Source: Patescibacteria group bacterium (lineage in GTDB: Bacteria; Patescibacteriota; Minisyncoccia; UBA6257; JAAZHW01). Taken from it: 64,000 bases of DNA. How positions within the stretch are numbered: position 1 is the stretch's first letter; each line of letters opens with the position of its first letter. A program made the translations under genes and the position numbers. Where the stretch lies: the NCBI GenBank assembly GCA_026415775.1, contig JAOAGL010000001.1, positions 414,831-478,830 on the forward strand. Reading direction: 5' to 3'. A model generated the notes under the pieces. The model was not told the DNA's origin. It worked only from the letters and a program-made list of their open reading frames with translations, and made no database searches. This document shows positions 38,431 to 48,490 of the stretch, in pieces.

Positions 38431-40494
38431 TTATTCCTCTTTAATTTCAATATCTTTAACCTCTTTCCCAATTTTCTGTTTAACCCATTCCAAATCCTTT
38501 AAAAGTTTTAATTCTAATCCCTCTTCTTCTTCTTTTATTTCACCTTTAAGTTTAAGGCTTTCGATAAATTCTAGTTGTTTTTCAATATCGCGTTTCAACA
38601 GTAAAAATCCATAACGAACTGCCTCTTCAGCTTCTTTAATTTCTTTCATTACTAGGCGATGTTTCTTTCTCCCCTGATAAAAATGATAGGAGGTATAAAT
38701 CAAAGCAATAATCAAAATAATAAACAAAACAAGAGAAACCACAAAATAAATTGCCTCATAACTTAACTGCGAAACTCCAAATTGAAAAGCAACGGGTTTC
38801 ACGGTTAACTTAAACTGCGGCGACGGCGGACTTAATTCATTATTAACTCTCATCTGTGTCCAAATTAAATAATTACCGCTAATCAAAAACTTCGGATGCG
38901 AATAAAACCAATCGCCTTTGTTGTCAGATAAAGCAGCAAGAGAAGTGACCTCTCCAGTTTCTAAATTCTGAAGATAAATAATTACTTCGGCATTTGCCAC
39001 TTGAGTTTTCCCACCAATATAAAATATTTCTCTGTTTGTAATATTCTCTGAAAATTCTAAAACAATCGGCGGTGATAACTTAGCAGTTTGAGCTTTAATA
39101 GTTGAAAGAGTCAACAAACAAGATAATCCCACAATCAAAATAATAACTGCGATTTTCCCATATTCTTTTCTTTTATTTTTTAATTCTTCGATGCGTTGTT
39201 TAATAACCGGATCTTTTTCAATGCCGCCTAACAAAATTTTATTCTTTTGATAATGCCATTTTCTGGCTTTGTAAGCGAAAAAACCAATTAAAGCAATTAG
39301 ACAGATAAGTATTAACCATAGGCCAATCCATGGGATAGAAATAATTTCGCTGATTTTTAAGCCTTCCCCTTGAACAAATTGAAATATAGGTGTCACGATT
39401 TTAACTCGTTTTTTACTCTCAATAAAATTTCCGGCTCTATCGTAAGCCCTAACATATAAATCATAATCGCCTAAATCTAACTGAAGGATGTGCGGCAAAT
39501 CTGCTTCTGTAAATAAAATTTGGGGTGTTTCTTGCTGAGCCTGAACTGATTTGTTTAATTTCAACGGAATGACTTTAATTTCATAATGGTCTATACCTGA
39601 AGTAGTGTCCGTAGTTAAAAATTCCAAAATAATTGTTTTTTGACTAGTATGCGTTGAAGGAGAAACTTTTATTGGAAATTGAGCTGGCGGACTTGTGTCA
39701 ATTTTAACCGCATAATGACTTACACCACCCCAAAAACCACTTCTTTTAGCTTTTAAATGAAAATACCAGACACCATCAGCAAGATTATTATAATTTACAT
39801 AGTTTTCTTTTTCATCAAGAATATCGTCTGGAATAGTTAAAGGATTATTATCTAAAACATAACTGTATCCTTCAATCCCTTTTCCCTCTTCAACCAGCCA
39901 TTGAAAATTAACATTATCATTGTTGTACCATTTTGTGGAGTCTGGATGCGTTGAAGAAATAATCTCTGGGCCGGCAGGAGGAGGAAGTACTAATTCATAA
40001 ACGCCACCCTTTGTTTGTCCTAAAACATCTGTTCCTTTTCCATCAGCTAAAAGAACTTTTGATTTTGCAGTATCGAATCTGAGTGACGCTGTGCCAATTT
40101 CTTTAGCGCGGAAAGTAACTGTCAGCAACAAACATGAATCAGTGTTAATGCCCGGCGCGCTAATCCCTCCAGATAATTCTAACCATCCTTCAGAATTAGA
40201 ATATGTTGGTTGTTTCAACCAAATTTCCAAACATGATTTTCCTGTTGAAGGAGAAACAATTTGTAATTTTTCTGATGGAAATAAAATTTTTGTTTGAACG
40301 GCATTAATAAAATTGCCATTAGTATTAACATAAAAAGAAACTGTAAAAGTATTACCAATAGGAATTGTTCCTGAATTCGGAGAAACATATAAAACAGCCT
40401 CTTTAATTTCTGCCTTCAAAGGGTATATTAAAGGGGCGACAACGAACAAAACAATGATTAAATTAACAATTAGAAAATTCGGGAATTTTTTCAT
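38431..40494 (-). CDS. Cohesin-like/Ig-like multidomain membrane-anchored protein
   Basis: LYVSP..FTVSFYVNT..INAVQ..LFP, VLLADGKGTDVL, SSTHPD..WY, DG.WYFHL; internal and C-terminal TMs. Confidence 0.7.
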   Translation of the reverse strand: MKKFPNFLIVNLIIVLFVVAPLIYPLKAEIKEAVLYVSPNSGTIPIGNTFTVSFYVNTNGNFINAVQTKILFPSEKLQIVSPSTGKSCLEIWLKQPTYSNSEGWLELSGGISAPGINTDSCLLLTVTFRAKEIGTASLRFDTAKSKVLLADGKGTDVLGQTKGGVYELVLPPPAGPEIISSTHPDSTKWYNNDNVNFQWLVEEGKGIEGYSYVLDNNPLTIPDDILDEKENYVNYNNLADGVWYFHLKAKRSGFWGGVSHYAVKIDTSPPAQFPIKVSPSTHTSQKTIILEFLTTDTTSGIDHYEIKVIPLKLNKSVQAQQETPQILFTEADLPHILQLDLGDYDLYVRAYDRAGNFIESKKRVKIVTPIFQFVQGEGLKISEIISIPWIGLWLILICLIALIGFFAYKARKWHYQKNKILLGGIEKDPVIKQRIEELKNKRKEYGKIAVIILIVGLSCLLTLSTIKAQTAKLSPPIVLEFSENITNREIFYIGGKTQVANAEVIIYLQNLETGEVTSLAALSDNKGDWFYSHPKFLISGNYLIWTQMRVNNELSPPSPQFKLTVKPVAFQFGVSQLSYEAIYFVVSLVLFIILIIALIYTSYHFYQGRKKHRLVMKEIKEAEEAVRYGFLLLKRDIEKQLEFIESLKLKGEIKEEEEGLELKLLKDLEWVKQKIGKEVKDIEIKEE

Positions 40495-40504
40495 TTTATT
40501 TCCA

Positions 40505-41392
40505 CTACCTTCTTTTATTATAAAATAATTTTACTAATAAACCAATTACTAAAATTGCTATAATAATTAAAATCAATTTTTCAAATAAAACTCTATAAAA
40601 ATAAACTGTTCGTTGATTACTATTACCAAAATTATCCACAGCCAAAAATTGAATAGCCCAAATATTTTTAGAAAAACCAAAGGGATTAGTTATTTCATAC
40701 CAATCACTCCATTGAAACCATTTTTTTACTCTAGCAAAATCTTTAACCATTCCAGAGTTATCTTTTGTTTCAAAAATTAAAAACTTCTCTTTGCTGTTGA
40801 AAGGATTATCAGCTATTCTAAACAATAAAATTTCTGGCTGAATTTTATCTTCCTTAACTATCACTGGTCCTTGTTTAACAACCAAACCAGAATTTTCTTG
40901 ATTATCACCTTCTATCTTGATTTGTGAAATATACAAAGGGATATTTTTAATTTCTATTTCATCAGCCATTGTCCCTTTGCCATCAGCCAAATAAGCAGCT
41001 GCTTTTTTAAAAACAAAATTTTCTTGTCCAGCTTTTAGCGCTTCAAAAATTAACGCAATAATTTGTCCATTTTCACCAACAAATGGTTGAATGGAGCCTC
41101 CTTGTAAAATAATTTCATTTTGATTATTCACTTCGATTTTTTTCCAAATATTTATAATGGAATTATCTTTATCAAATTGCTTAAATTTTATTAATTCGGA
41201 AGGATATTGAACAATTAAATCATATGCATTAAGCGGTTTATCAGAATCAACGCGAACATAAACAATAAATTCCAAAGATTTATTATCGGGTTGAATTCCA
41301 TCAAAATAAAAAACTGTTTTAGCGTCCACGCGCAAACTCAAGAAAAAAGAACAACAAATAAAGATTAAAAATAATATTCTGGTTTTTTTCAT
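40505..41392 (-). CDS. Cohesin-like domain membrane protein
   Basis: Signal peptide, PLNAYDL..YP, YLADGKGT shared with the neighbour, C-terminal TM. Confidence 0.65.
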   Translation of the reverse strand: MKKTRILFLIFICCSFFLSLRVDAKTVFYFDGIQPDNKSLEFIVYVRVDSDKPLNAYDLIVQYPSELIKFKQFDKDNSIINIWKKIEVNNQNEIILQGGSIQPFVGENGQIIALIFEALKAGQENFVFKKAAAYLADGKGTMADEIEIKNIPLYISQIKIEGDNQENSGLVVKQGPVIVKEDKIQPEILLFRIADNPFNSKEKFLIFETKDNSGMVKDFARVKKWFQWSDWYEITNPFGFSKNIWAIQFLAVDNFGNSNQRTVYFYRVLFEKLILIIIAILVIGLLVKLFYNKRR

Positions 41393-41393
41393 A

Positions 41394-41912
41394 TTAGCCA
41401 GTCCAATAATAAAGAATTATTGATAAATCGACAATATCTAAAACACCATCGTCATTTAAATCTTGCCAATAAAAATCTTCATTTGGATTCCCCCAGTAAT
41501 AAAGAAATATTGAAAGGTCGACAATATCAACTCTTCTATCTTTATTAAAATCTGGCGATTTTTTTCTTAAATAAATATCAGGTGGTAAAGTAGGACCAAA
41601 AGGTGGCGAAGGTAAAATAGGAGAAACAATAAAACCGCCACCGGGATGAGGCGTTAGCGTCGGTGTTGGAGTAAAGGTTATAGTTGGTGTCGGGGTTGGA
41701 GTCGGAGTGGGGGTTAAAGTTGGTGTGGGCGTTGGTGTTTCGGTTGGTGTTGGTGTAGGAGTAGGAGTGGTTGTGGGAGTTGGTGTTTCTCCGGGAATAA
41801 CTACTTCAATTATTAAATTTTGACTAGCAGAAAAAATCTCTTTTGTCAAAAAAAAAGAAAAGAACAAAAAAACAATAACAAAACAAAAAAACCACTTGCG
41901 ATAATCCAACAT
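41394..41912 (-). CDS. PT-linker plus dockerin-like protein
   Basis: Two EF-hand-like repeats [15 protein letters not shown] and [15 protein letters not shown] after a long TP run. Confidence 0.75.
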   Translation of the reverse strand: MLDYRKWFFCFVIVFLFFSFFLTKEIFSASQNLIIEVVIPGETPTPTTTPTPTPTPTETPTPTPTLTPTPTPTPTPTITFTPTPTLTPHPGGGFIVSPILPSPPFGPTLPPDIYLRKKSPDFNKDRRVDIVDLSIFLYYWGNPNEDFYWQDLNDDGVLDIVDLSIILYYWTG

Positions 41913-41946
41913 ATTGGTGTTTTAAATGGATACTACTCTTTTCTTC

Positions 41947-42879
41947 TTATTCTTGATTTTCTTTTGGTTTTTCTTCTACCTTAACAATCTTGAATTTTTT
42001 CTTAAAAAGTTTAATTCCCCAGACAATCAAAAGAATAATTACAACAATAAGAATCGCCTCTTGGTAGGGAAATGCCCAAATTACTATCTTAGCCGGTTCA
42101 ATAGCCGGGCCGTTAGGAATATAAGTATTAATAACGACATTTAAAGGGCCAAAGAAGTATTTGCGGTCCCATTTAACAGCAAAAGTGCGGTCAAAACCCG
42201 GAAAAACAACGCGTGAATCAATTGCTAATTCTTGTTTTTGGAAAAGACCAGAAATAACCACCTTGCCTTCGGGCGCAATATAGGTATTGCCTTCGTTTAA
42301 AATTTTAAAAGCAGTTGTTAACGGCCCATGATCAATAAATTTAGGCGCTTGAATGCTGCTGATTTTAGCTTGTTTTACCACATCGCCAGTGACTTCCACC
42401 AAAATTACTGTGCCAGTTCGTCCCGAAATACCAATACCACTCGCCTCTTCTGCTGGTTTGCCTTTAAACAAAACAGCGGCGTAATGTCCGCCGGGCGGCG
42501 CATTCTCCGGAATTTTAATTTTATAATGAAACTCTCGACTCTGTTTTGGTTGAAGCTCAAATTCTTCAACATCATAACTAATCCACTTTGCCAAACCATA
42601 TTGATTAAGATCTTCGGAAGTTAAAGAAATACTTCCCTCAGCGCCACCCCTAATATTTTCCTTTTCCACAATTACCTTTAAAACAAAATCATTCGGATTA
42701 ACAATTGTTGTCATTCCCTCCCATTCTTGTCCCGGACTTAAAACAATTTTATAAGAAAGCGGGTAAACGGTGATTCCGATATCCGCTTTCGCTTGATTAA
42801 TAAGAAAAAGAAAAATTATTAAACAAAAAGCAAACAAAAATCCGTGAATTAAATTTTTTGTTGTTTTAGTTAACAACAT
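41947..42879 (-). CDS. DUF916/WxL-interacting-like protein
   Basis: LAKWI, IKIPENAPPGGHYAAVLF, NEGNTYIAPEG, C-terminal TM. Confidence 0.6.
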   Translation of the reverse strand: MLLTKTTKNLIHGFLFAFCLIIFLFLINQAKADIGITVYPLSYKIVLSPGQEWEGMTTIVNPNDFVLKVIVEKENIRGGAEGSISLTSEDLNQYGLAKWISYDVEEFELQPKQSREFHYKIKIPENAPPGGHYAAVLFKGKPAEEASGIGISGRTGTVILVEVTGDVVKQAKISSIQAPKFIDHGPLTTAFKILNEGNTYIAPEGKVVISGLFQKQELAIDSRVVFPGFDRTFAVKWDRKYFFGPLNVVINTYIPNGPAIEPAKIVIWAFPYQEAILIVVIILLIVWGIKLFKKKFKIVKVEEKPKENQE

Positions 42880-42912
42880 ATTTTTTCTTTCTGCTATAAA
42901 AATCTGCTCTAA

Positions 42913-43524
42913 TTAAATCGCCAATGCTGTTAAGGTAATAGTACCGCTATAAACGCCGCTGGGTTGAGATATTGGTGCATCAATTCTAAACCCATAAACC
43001 ACTGTTTGCTCGCTTGATTGATAAGTACTAATTGTAGCTATTTCTTGAGAACTAGCTGGAAAACCAGCCCATTTTGGCGAAGAATCATTTGTGCCCCAAT
43101 AAGTAGAATTATATAAACCAGCTGGTGTCGTACCGGTTTGATAAACACGGAAGGATAAATTGGAACCGGGGGTATCTGTTGAATTGCTTCCATTCCAAGC
43201 TGTTTCATCGGGAAAATCAACTGTTTGATTGCTATCCAAATCTAAAGTAGAATTAGCATCATCTCTTTTTGCTGACAATTGCCAACCACTATTTGAGTTA
43301 GTCGTTACACTGCAAGAAGTAGTAGCGATAATTGGTGTCCCAGGAGTAAGAACTCCTAATGCTACAGTATTGGTGGCCAAGCTAAAAGTTAAAGTGGTCG
43401 TGACTGTCACTTGAATTGTCTGACTTTGATCACTGGCTTGAGCAATTTTGTAAAATTGATTAACTAAAGCCGAGCTTAAAACCACAAGACCGACCAAAAT
43501 AAAAATTTTTACATCGTTTTTCAT
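42913..43524 (-). CDS. Secreted WxL-like/fibre-subunit-like protein
   Basis: Signal peptide, TLTFSL..VALGVLTPG, VTTNSNSGWQL, C-terminal GVYSGTITLTA. Confidence 0.6.
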   Translation of the reverse strand: MKNDVKIFILVGLVVLSSALVNQFYKIAQASDQSQTIQVTVTTTLTFSLATNTVALGVLTPGTPIIATTSCSVTTNSNSGWQLSAKRDDANSTLDLDSNQTVDFPDETAWNGSNSTDTPGSNLSFRVYQTGTTPAGLYNSTYWGTNDSSPKWAGFPASSQEIATISTYQSSEQTVVYGFRIDAPISQPSGVYSGTITLTALAI

Positions 43525-43623
43525 TTTTTATTTTATTAATTAAAAATCGACCTTATTTTGATTCTTTAATCTTATTATAAAATTTTTTAATTCAATCAAC
43601 AAGTGAATTATCCACAACAAGTC

Positions 43624-43736
43624 TAGAAGCTAGAAAATAGAATCTAGAAGCTAGAATCTTGATTTTTAAGAACCTCTCCTTTCTTTCTTCTATTTTCTAT
43701 TTTCTATTTTCTAGATTCTATTTTCTAGCTTCTAAC
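43624..43736. repeat. Inverted heptamer tandem arrays (TAGAANN)5 and (TTCTANN)7
   Basis: 43624-43658 and 43688-43736; 26-bp perfect inverted match 43624-43649/43709-43734. Confidence 0.9.
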
Positions 43737-46700
43737 TTACAAATTCCCCAACGCTGTAATCGTAATATCGCCGGTATAAACGCCGATAGGTTGAGAGATG
43801 GGCGCATCGGCTCGGTATAAAATCATATTAGTTGTCGTACCGTTTTGACAAGACGGACTAGAGCAGGTCATTATTGTTTGAGATGTTTCTGGCATACCGG
43901 CAAATTTTGCCGTGCCTTCATTATCATTTAATCCCCACCAAGTGGAATTATAGTTTGAATCGGTGCCGCTACTCATTAAACGGAAAGAAAAAGTTGAGCC
44001 AGGCGTGGTCGTGGCATTACCGTTGCCGCCGTTAGCTGTTGGGTCCCAAACCGGCGTATAATCGGGAAAGGTAATTGATGGATTACTTTGAAGCGCTAAA
44101 GTAGAAGTGCTACTTGCGCGTTTGATTGCTAAATAATAACCGTTGTCGTAACCGCTTACAACGACCGTTGCCGTTGTTGTTGCCGAAACCGGAATTTGAG
44201 GCGCTAAAATACCAAGATTAATATAATTACTTGAAAGATTAAGAGTTAAACTTTGTTGTAATGGAGCCGTAGTAATTTCAGGATAGACATTATAAAAAAT
44301 TGTTTCGTAATCGGGATTGCTAATATTGGCTTTTACCACTTGGAAACAATAAGGAGTTAACGGAGACGCTCCGTTGTCCTGTAAAGAGAAATCCCACATT
44401 CCATCTTCTCCAATATTAACCATTGAAATAGCATTAATAAAATTGTTTGATTCAACATAAGTTTGACGTTTAATCGTATGGCCATTATGTGTCGGGTCAT
44501 TATCATTAGCTATTAAAGCATCTCCGTCATTAACATTACTGTTATCATAAAAAGCAATGGTTGAAGTTGAAGTAACATCAGTGAAAGTTTCATCGTCTCC
44601 ACAAACTGAACCGCTTTTAGGAGCGTATTGCAATTTTAGATATTTCCCATTTTGTAATAATTCATTGGTATCAATATGGAGCAGTAATCTTAAGCGGAAT
44701 GGCTGATTGGTAACGTTTAAACTGGCCGGCGTATTAGTGTTTGCTAATGGATTGCCCACATTAGCAGAGTTTTGATTTTCAAAAAAGCGATAAGCTGATT
44801 GGGTGATTTTAACACCGCCTGTTTCATAATAACTTTGACGAATCAATTGTTCAATCCCATCCCAAGAACTAGTGACTATACCCCATTGCCAAAAAGTTAA
44901 AGAAACCGTCTGATTGGGAGCAACGTTATTCCATACAGAATCAAAGAAAATATTATCAGTTTCACCACTGGCATCGCTCTGTTGATCATCTACTCTCCAT
45001 TCGGAAGTATAATTAACCCATTCCGCCCACGGAGAAGAGTTGGTTATGGCAGCGGAGGTTAAGAAATATCCGTAACGAGGGGGATTATTTTCATTAAAAA
45101 TTACACCCATAGCTGCATAAACACCAACATCATAAGTAGTAAACCAATTTTCCGGCAGAGTAGAAGTACTCATTAAAATATGCGTCTCGGGAATAACATT
45201 AGAAGTATAACCGGCATAACGACCTCTATCGTTTACATTTCTATCTGTACCCAACCACTGTTCTCTTCCCCATACCATCGGGTAAATATGAGAAGTGCTA
45301 TCATTATTTTTAAATTCATAGGTATTTTTTAAATATGGTTTATTAGCATAAAATTCTTGAGTTCGCGTAGCGGAAATATAATTATTTAATTGTTGTGCCC
45401 ACCCAGTTGATGCTGTATCATCGGAAACAACTCGCCAAACAATTTTTGTATTATCTTCACTAACAATCCAATTAGTACATTGATTGGGTTTCCATTTAAT
45501 ATCAGCAGAATAATAGTTAGAAGTATCTGCTCTTATAGTATTATCAACATGCACCGCTACTCTTTCCATACAATCTAAATTAACATCATCATTGTTAACA
45601 AAATTACGCCCAGTTAACTCTATTTGTTCACCTTCTCCCTCATGTCCACAACCAAAAATAACAGTATTAATGTAATTATTACCAAAAAGTATACCATTCG
45701 AAAAAAGCCTTTCACCCATATTATATGTTTGCACTCTATCAACGCGCGTCATAAATAAATCAGTATCGGATCTAAAATTTAAATTAACTGTGTAATAGGT
45801 ATTAGCAGCAACTGAAGCCTTTTGAATATACAATGTGTGTTTATTATTATCCCACCACCAACAATCTGTTGTTGAAGCGGGCGATCCTTGAGGGATAGAA
45901 GAACTGTTTATAGTTACAGAAATATTGCTAATATTTGCTGTTATTGGATGAAAAGGAATAGCAAATGCGACATTTGTTCTCGCGCTTGCACTACCGCCAA
46001 TAGAAAAATCTTCGATTGAATAGTCCCAATAACTGCCGCTTGAATTCCAAGTAGGATTAAATTCTGTGCCGTAACCCATCTGAGTGGTACTAATTGCATT
46101 CCAACGACGCACAACATAAGTTGAAAAACTTCCGGCTGAAGCTGAATAATCAATAGAACTAAAATTGGAATCGTTATCTAATTGAACTGTAACATTATAG
46201 GTTCCGGTATTGGGATCAGCGCAACCATTACAATACCACGAACCAACATAAATAATACCTTCAAATTGACTAGTTGAAGAATTCCAAGTTAATTGAGTAT
46301 AATAAGTTTCTGAAGCTGGTGTATCAACTTTTGCACGGGCATGGGGATAATTATTTGGTGACAAAGATCCATGAAGTTGCAAATAAACAGGAATAGCCCC
46401 ATACCAACTATCAGAAGTTTTACCTAATGATCCGGTAATATAATCGGTAATAGCACTCATGGTAATTTGAGGAATAACTGAATAAGTATTAAGTAAACTA
46501 CCATCGTTTTTAACAATTCGAAAACAATAAGTAGTTGAAGTGGGGGTAGAATTATTATCAAAAAGAGCAAAATCCCATTTGCCGTCTTGGCCTGCAGAGA
46601 TTGCAGCGACTGAGTTGGTAAAAGGATTAAGCTCTTCGTAAGTTTGGTTAACAATAGTATCAGAACCATGTGTCGGATCATTGGTATTGGCAGTTAAATT

Positions 46701-48338
46701 CGCACCATCAGAAGGAGTAGAATTATTATAAAAAGCAATAACCGTACTAGTTGTAACATCACTATAGGTTTCGCCGGAAAAAGAAGTATCGCATACTCCA
46801 TCAGTACCACGCTGGGCAAATTGGAGTTTGAAACTGCCTTCGTTCGTAAATAAATCAGAAACGCCGACATGCAAAAGCATACGCAATCTAAATGCCGCGC
46901 CGGTTAAGCCAAGCGTTGCCGCCGTATCCTGCGCGGCAAGCGCGGTTCCCACATCGGTTGAATCAGTATTATTGAAAAACCGATACGCGGCCTGTGTATA
47001 GGTCTTTGGCGCGATGGGTCGGCCGAAAAGGTCATCGGGCGTAGCGGCATACCAGGTGGCGTAGATGCGTTGAGTTGACGCAGACATCAAGCTTAACCTG
47101 CCGCCGTAGATATCGTCGTTTGAAGAATACACCGGACCAAATTCAGAACTCCAGGTAGAACCGCCGTCTGTAGAATATTTCCAGTAGAGGTTGCCGGTTG
47201 AAGCGGTGCCGGGGGTTGATCGGGCGGAATAGAGAACGTATAGATAGCCCGTGTTCTGGTCCCTTGCGATTTTTGCTCCGGTGATACCGCAGTTTGAGAC
47301 GCCCGCGCAGACGCTGTCGGTGACGACATCGGTCAGAGCGGTCCAGCTCGTTCCAGAAAACTTGCGGACTCTGATATCGTCATCGGTTCCCAATGTGGCC
47401 GCGCTTGCCGCGTATGCCAGATACACATCGCCATTTGAAGTGTCAACCGCTGCGCCGAAGGATGCGTCGTAGGTGGTATTATCAAGCGCGGTGTCAATAT
47501 TCGCAAATGCAGACCAAGTTCCGGTGTATCGTGAGTATTTAAGGTCGTTCGTTGTTGCCGAAATATCCCACCAAATAAACATCATCTCGCCCGAGAGCCG
47601 CGGGATCAGAAGCATAAAGTCGTCTCCATTTGTCCACGAAGCCGGTTCGGAAACCGCCCAGTTAGTAGCGGTGGTGCAGGTTGTGGTACAGCGAACCATC
47701 ATATTGTCGGTTGTGTCGGCAACCGCGGCATAGAGCGCGCCGTCAGTTGCTTTGGAAATGGCGACGTGGTTTGTGCCGGCAGTTAAAGTACCTGTATAAC
47801 CGAGACCGCTTGTAATGTTGACCGGGCCGGTTGAGAGTGTATCGGTTGAAGTGTCAAGAGTTCTGTACCAGATATCATCGTTTGTTACATCGGTGGTTGC
47901 GATATGAATTAAATTGCCGGTTGTGTCGCCCGGAGTCCAGCGGTCATACCATACAGCGATTTGGATGATGTCGGTCTTTGCATCAACCGTAACCGGCGCG
48001 CCCCAGGTTGCGCCGCCATCCGTAGTTTTACTGTAGACGGCAGTGCCCGCGGAATCTACGTAAAACGCATAGCCGGTTGTCTGGGAAGTAAACACAGTGG
48101 TTGGCGAGCCGCCGAGGTGTTCCGCGGGGGCGGTACTCACCGTCGAGTCAATCGTTACCTGCGCCGCGAGTGCTTTTTGAATTTCCGGCGGAATTCGCGG
48201 ATTTTGCCAAATGGTTGGCCAGCCGGAAAAAATCCAAAGAAAAATTACTAAAAATACTAACAAGTTTCTAACAAAACTTTTTACAAATTTTTTTGTTTTA
48301 ATATTCGCTATCCTCATAAATTCAACTTTTTTCATCAT
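43737..48338 (-). CDS. Giant secreted adhesin-like protein (1533 aa)
   Basis: Long signal peptide, Asp-box-like motifs (SKTTDGGATW, YSTDGGSTW), duplicated ~180-aa TQxAYRFF module, C-terminal domain homologous to 42913-43524. Confidence 0.75.
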   Translation of the reverse strand: MMKKVEFMRIANIKTKKFVKSFVRNLLVFLVIFLWIFSGWPTIWQNPRIPPEIQKALAAQVTIDSTVSTAPAEHLGGSPTTVFTSQTTGYAFYVDSAGTAVYSKTTDGGATWGAPVTVDAKTDIIQIAVWYDRWTPGDTTGNLIHIATTDVTNDDIWYRTLDTSTDTLSTGPVNITSGLGYTGTLTAGTNHVAISKATDGALYAAVADTTDNMMVRCTTTCTTATNWAVSEPASWTNGDDFMLLIPRLSGEMMFIWWDISATTNDLKYSRYTGTWSAFANIDTALDNTTYDASFGAAVDTSNGDVYLAYAASAATLGTDDDIRVRKFSGTSWTALTDVVTDSVCAGVSNCGITGAKIARDQNTGYLYVLYSARSTPGTASTGNLYWKYSTDGGSTWSSEFGPVYSSNDDIYGGRLSLMSASTQRIYATWYAATPDDLFGRPIAPKTYTQAAYRFFNNTDSTDVGTALAAQDTAATLGLTGAAFRLRMLLHVGVSDLFTNEGSFKLQFAQRGTDGVCDTSFSGETYSDVTTSTVIAFYNNSTPSDGANLTANTNDPTHGSDTIVNQTYEELNPFTNSVAAISAGQDGKWDFALFDNNSTPTSTTYCFRIVKNDGSLLNTYSVIPQITMSAITDYITGSLGKTSDSWYGAIPVYLQLHGSLSPNNYPHARAKVDTPASETYYTQLTWNSSTSQFEGIIYVGSWYCNGCADPNTGTYNVTVQLDNDSNFSSIDYSASAGSFSTYVVRRWNAISTTQMGYGTEFNPTWNSSGSYWDYSIEDFSIGGSASARTNVAFAIPFHPITANISNISVTINSSSIPQGSPASTTDCWWWDNNKHTLYIQKASVAANTYYTVNLNFRSDTDLFMTRVDRVQTYNMGERLFSNGILFGNNYINTVIFGCGHEGEGEQIELTGRNFVNNDDVNLDCMERVAVHVDNTIRADTSNYYSADIKWKPNQCTNWIVSEDNTKIVWRVVSDDTASTGWAQQLNNYISATRTQEFYANKPYLKNTYEFKNNDSTSHIYPMVWGREQWLGTDRNVNDRGRYAGYTSNVIPETHILMSTSTLPENWFTTYDVGVYAAMGVIFNENNPPRYGYFLTSAAITNSSPWAEWVNYTSEWRVDDQQSDASGETDNIFFDSVWNNVAPNQTVSLTFWQWGIVTSSWDGIEQLIRQSYYETGGVKITQSAYRFFENQNSANVGNPLANTNTPASLNVTNQPFRLRLLLHIDTNELLQNGKYLKLQYAPKSGSVCGDDETFTDVTSTSTIAFYDNSNVNDGDALIANDNDPTHNGHTIKRQTYVESNNFINAISMVNIGEDGMWDFSLQDNGASPLTPYCFQVVKANISNPDYETIFYNVYPEITTAPLQQSLTLNLSSNYINLGILAPQIPVSATTTATVVVSGYDNGYYLAIKRASSTSTLALQSNPSITFPDYTPVWDPTANGGNGNATTTPGSTFSFRLMSSGTDSNYNSTWWGLNDNEGTAKFAGMPETSQTIMTCSSPSCQNGTTTNMILYRADAPISQPIGVYTGDITITALGNL

Positions 48339-48490
48339 TAATAAAATTGCACTAATTACTTTTAATATTTCTTCTCTTTTTTTAAAATTTATTTGTTTCT
48401 TTATTAATTGCTATGGTACTTTTTAAAATTCCAGTTTTGAACGTGCGTAAGATTGTTTTAAAAATTCCATCATCCAAAATTGATTCAAAA

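Noticed and set aside
41650-41790. GGTGTT/GGAGT-like periodic DNA as a CRISPR or DNA repeat array
   Set aside because: It is the codon pattern of a Thr-Pro linker; there are no identical repeats with unique spacers and no cas genes in the window
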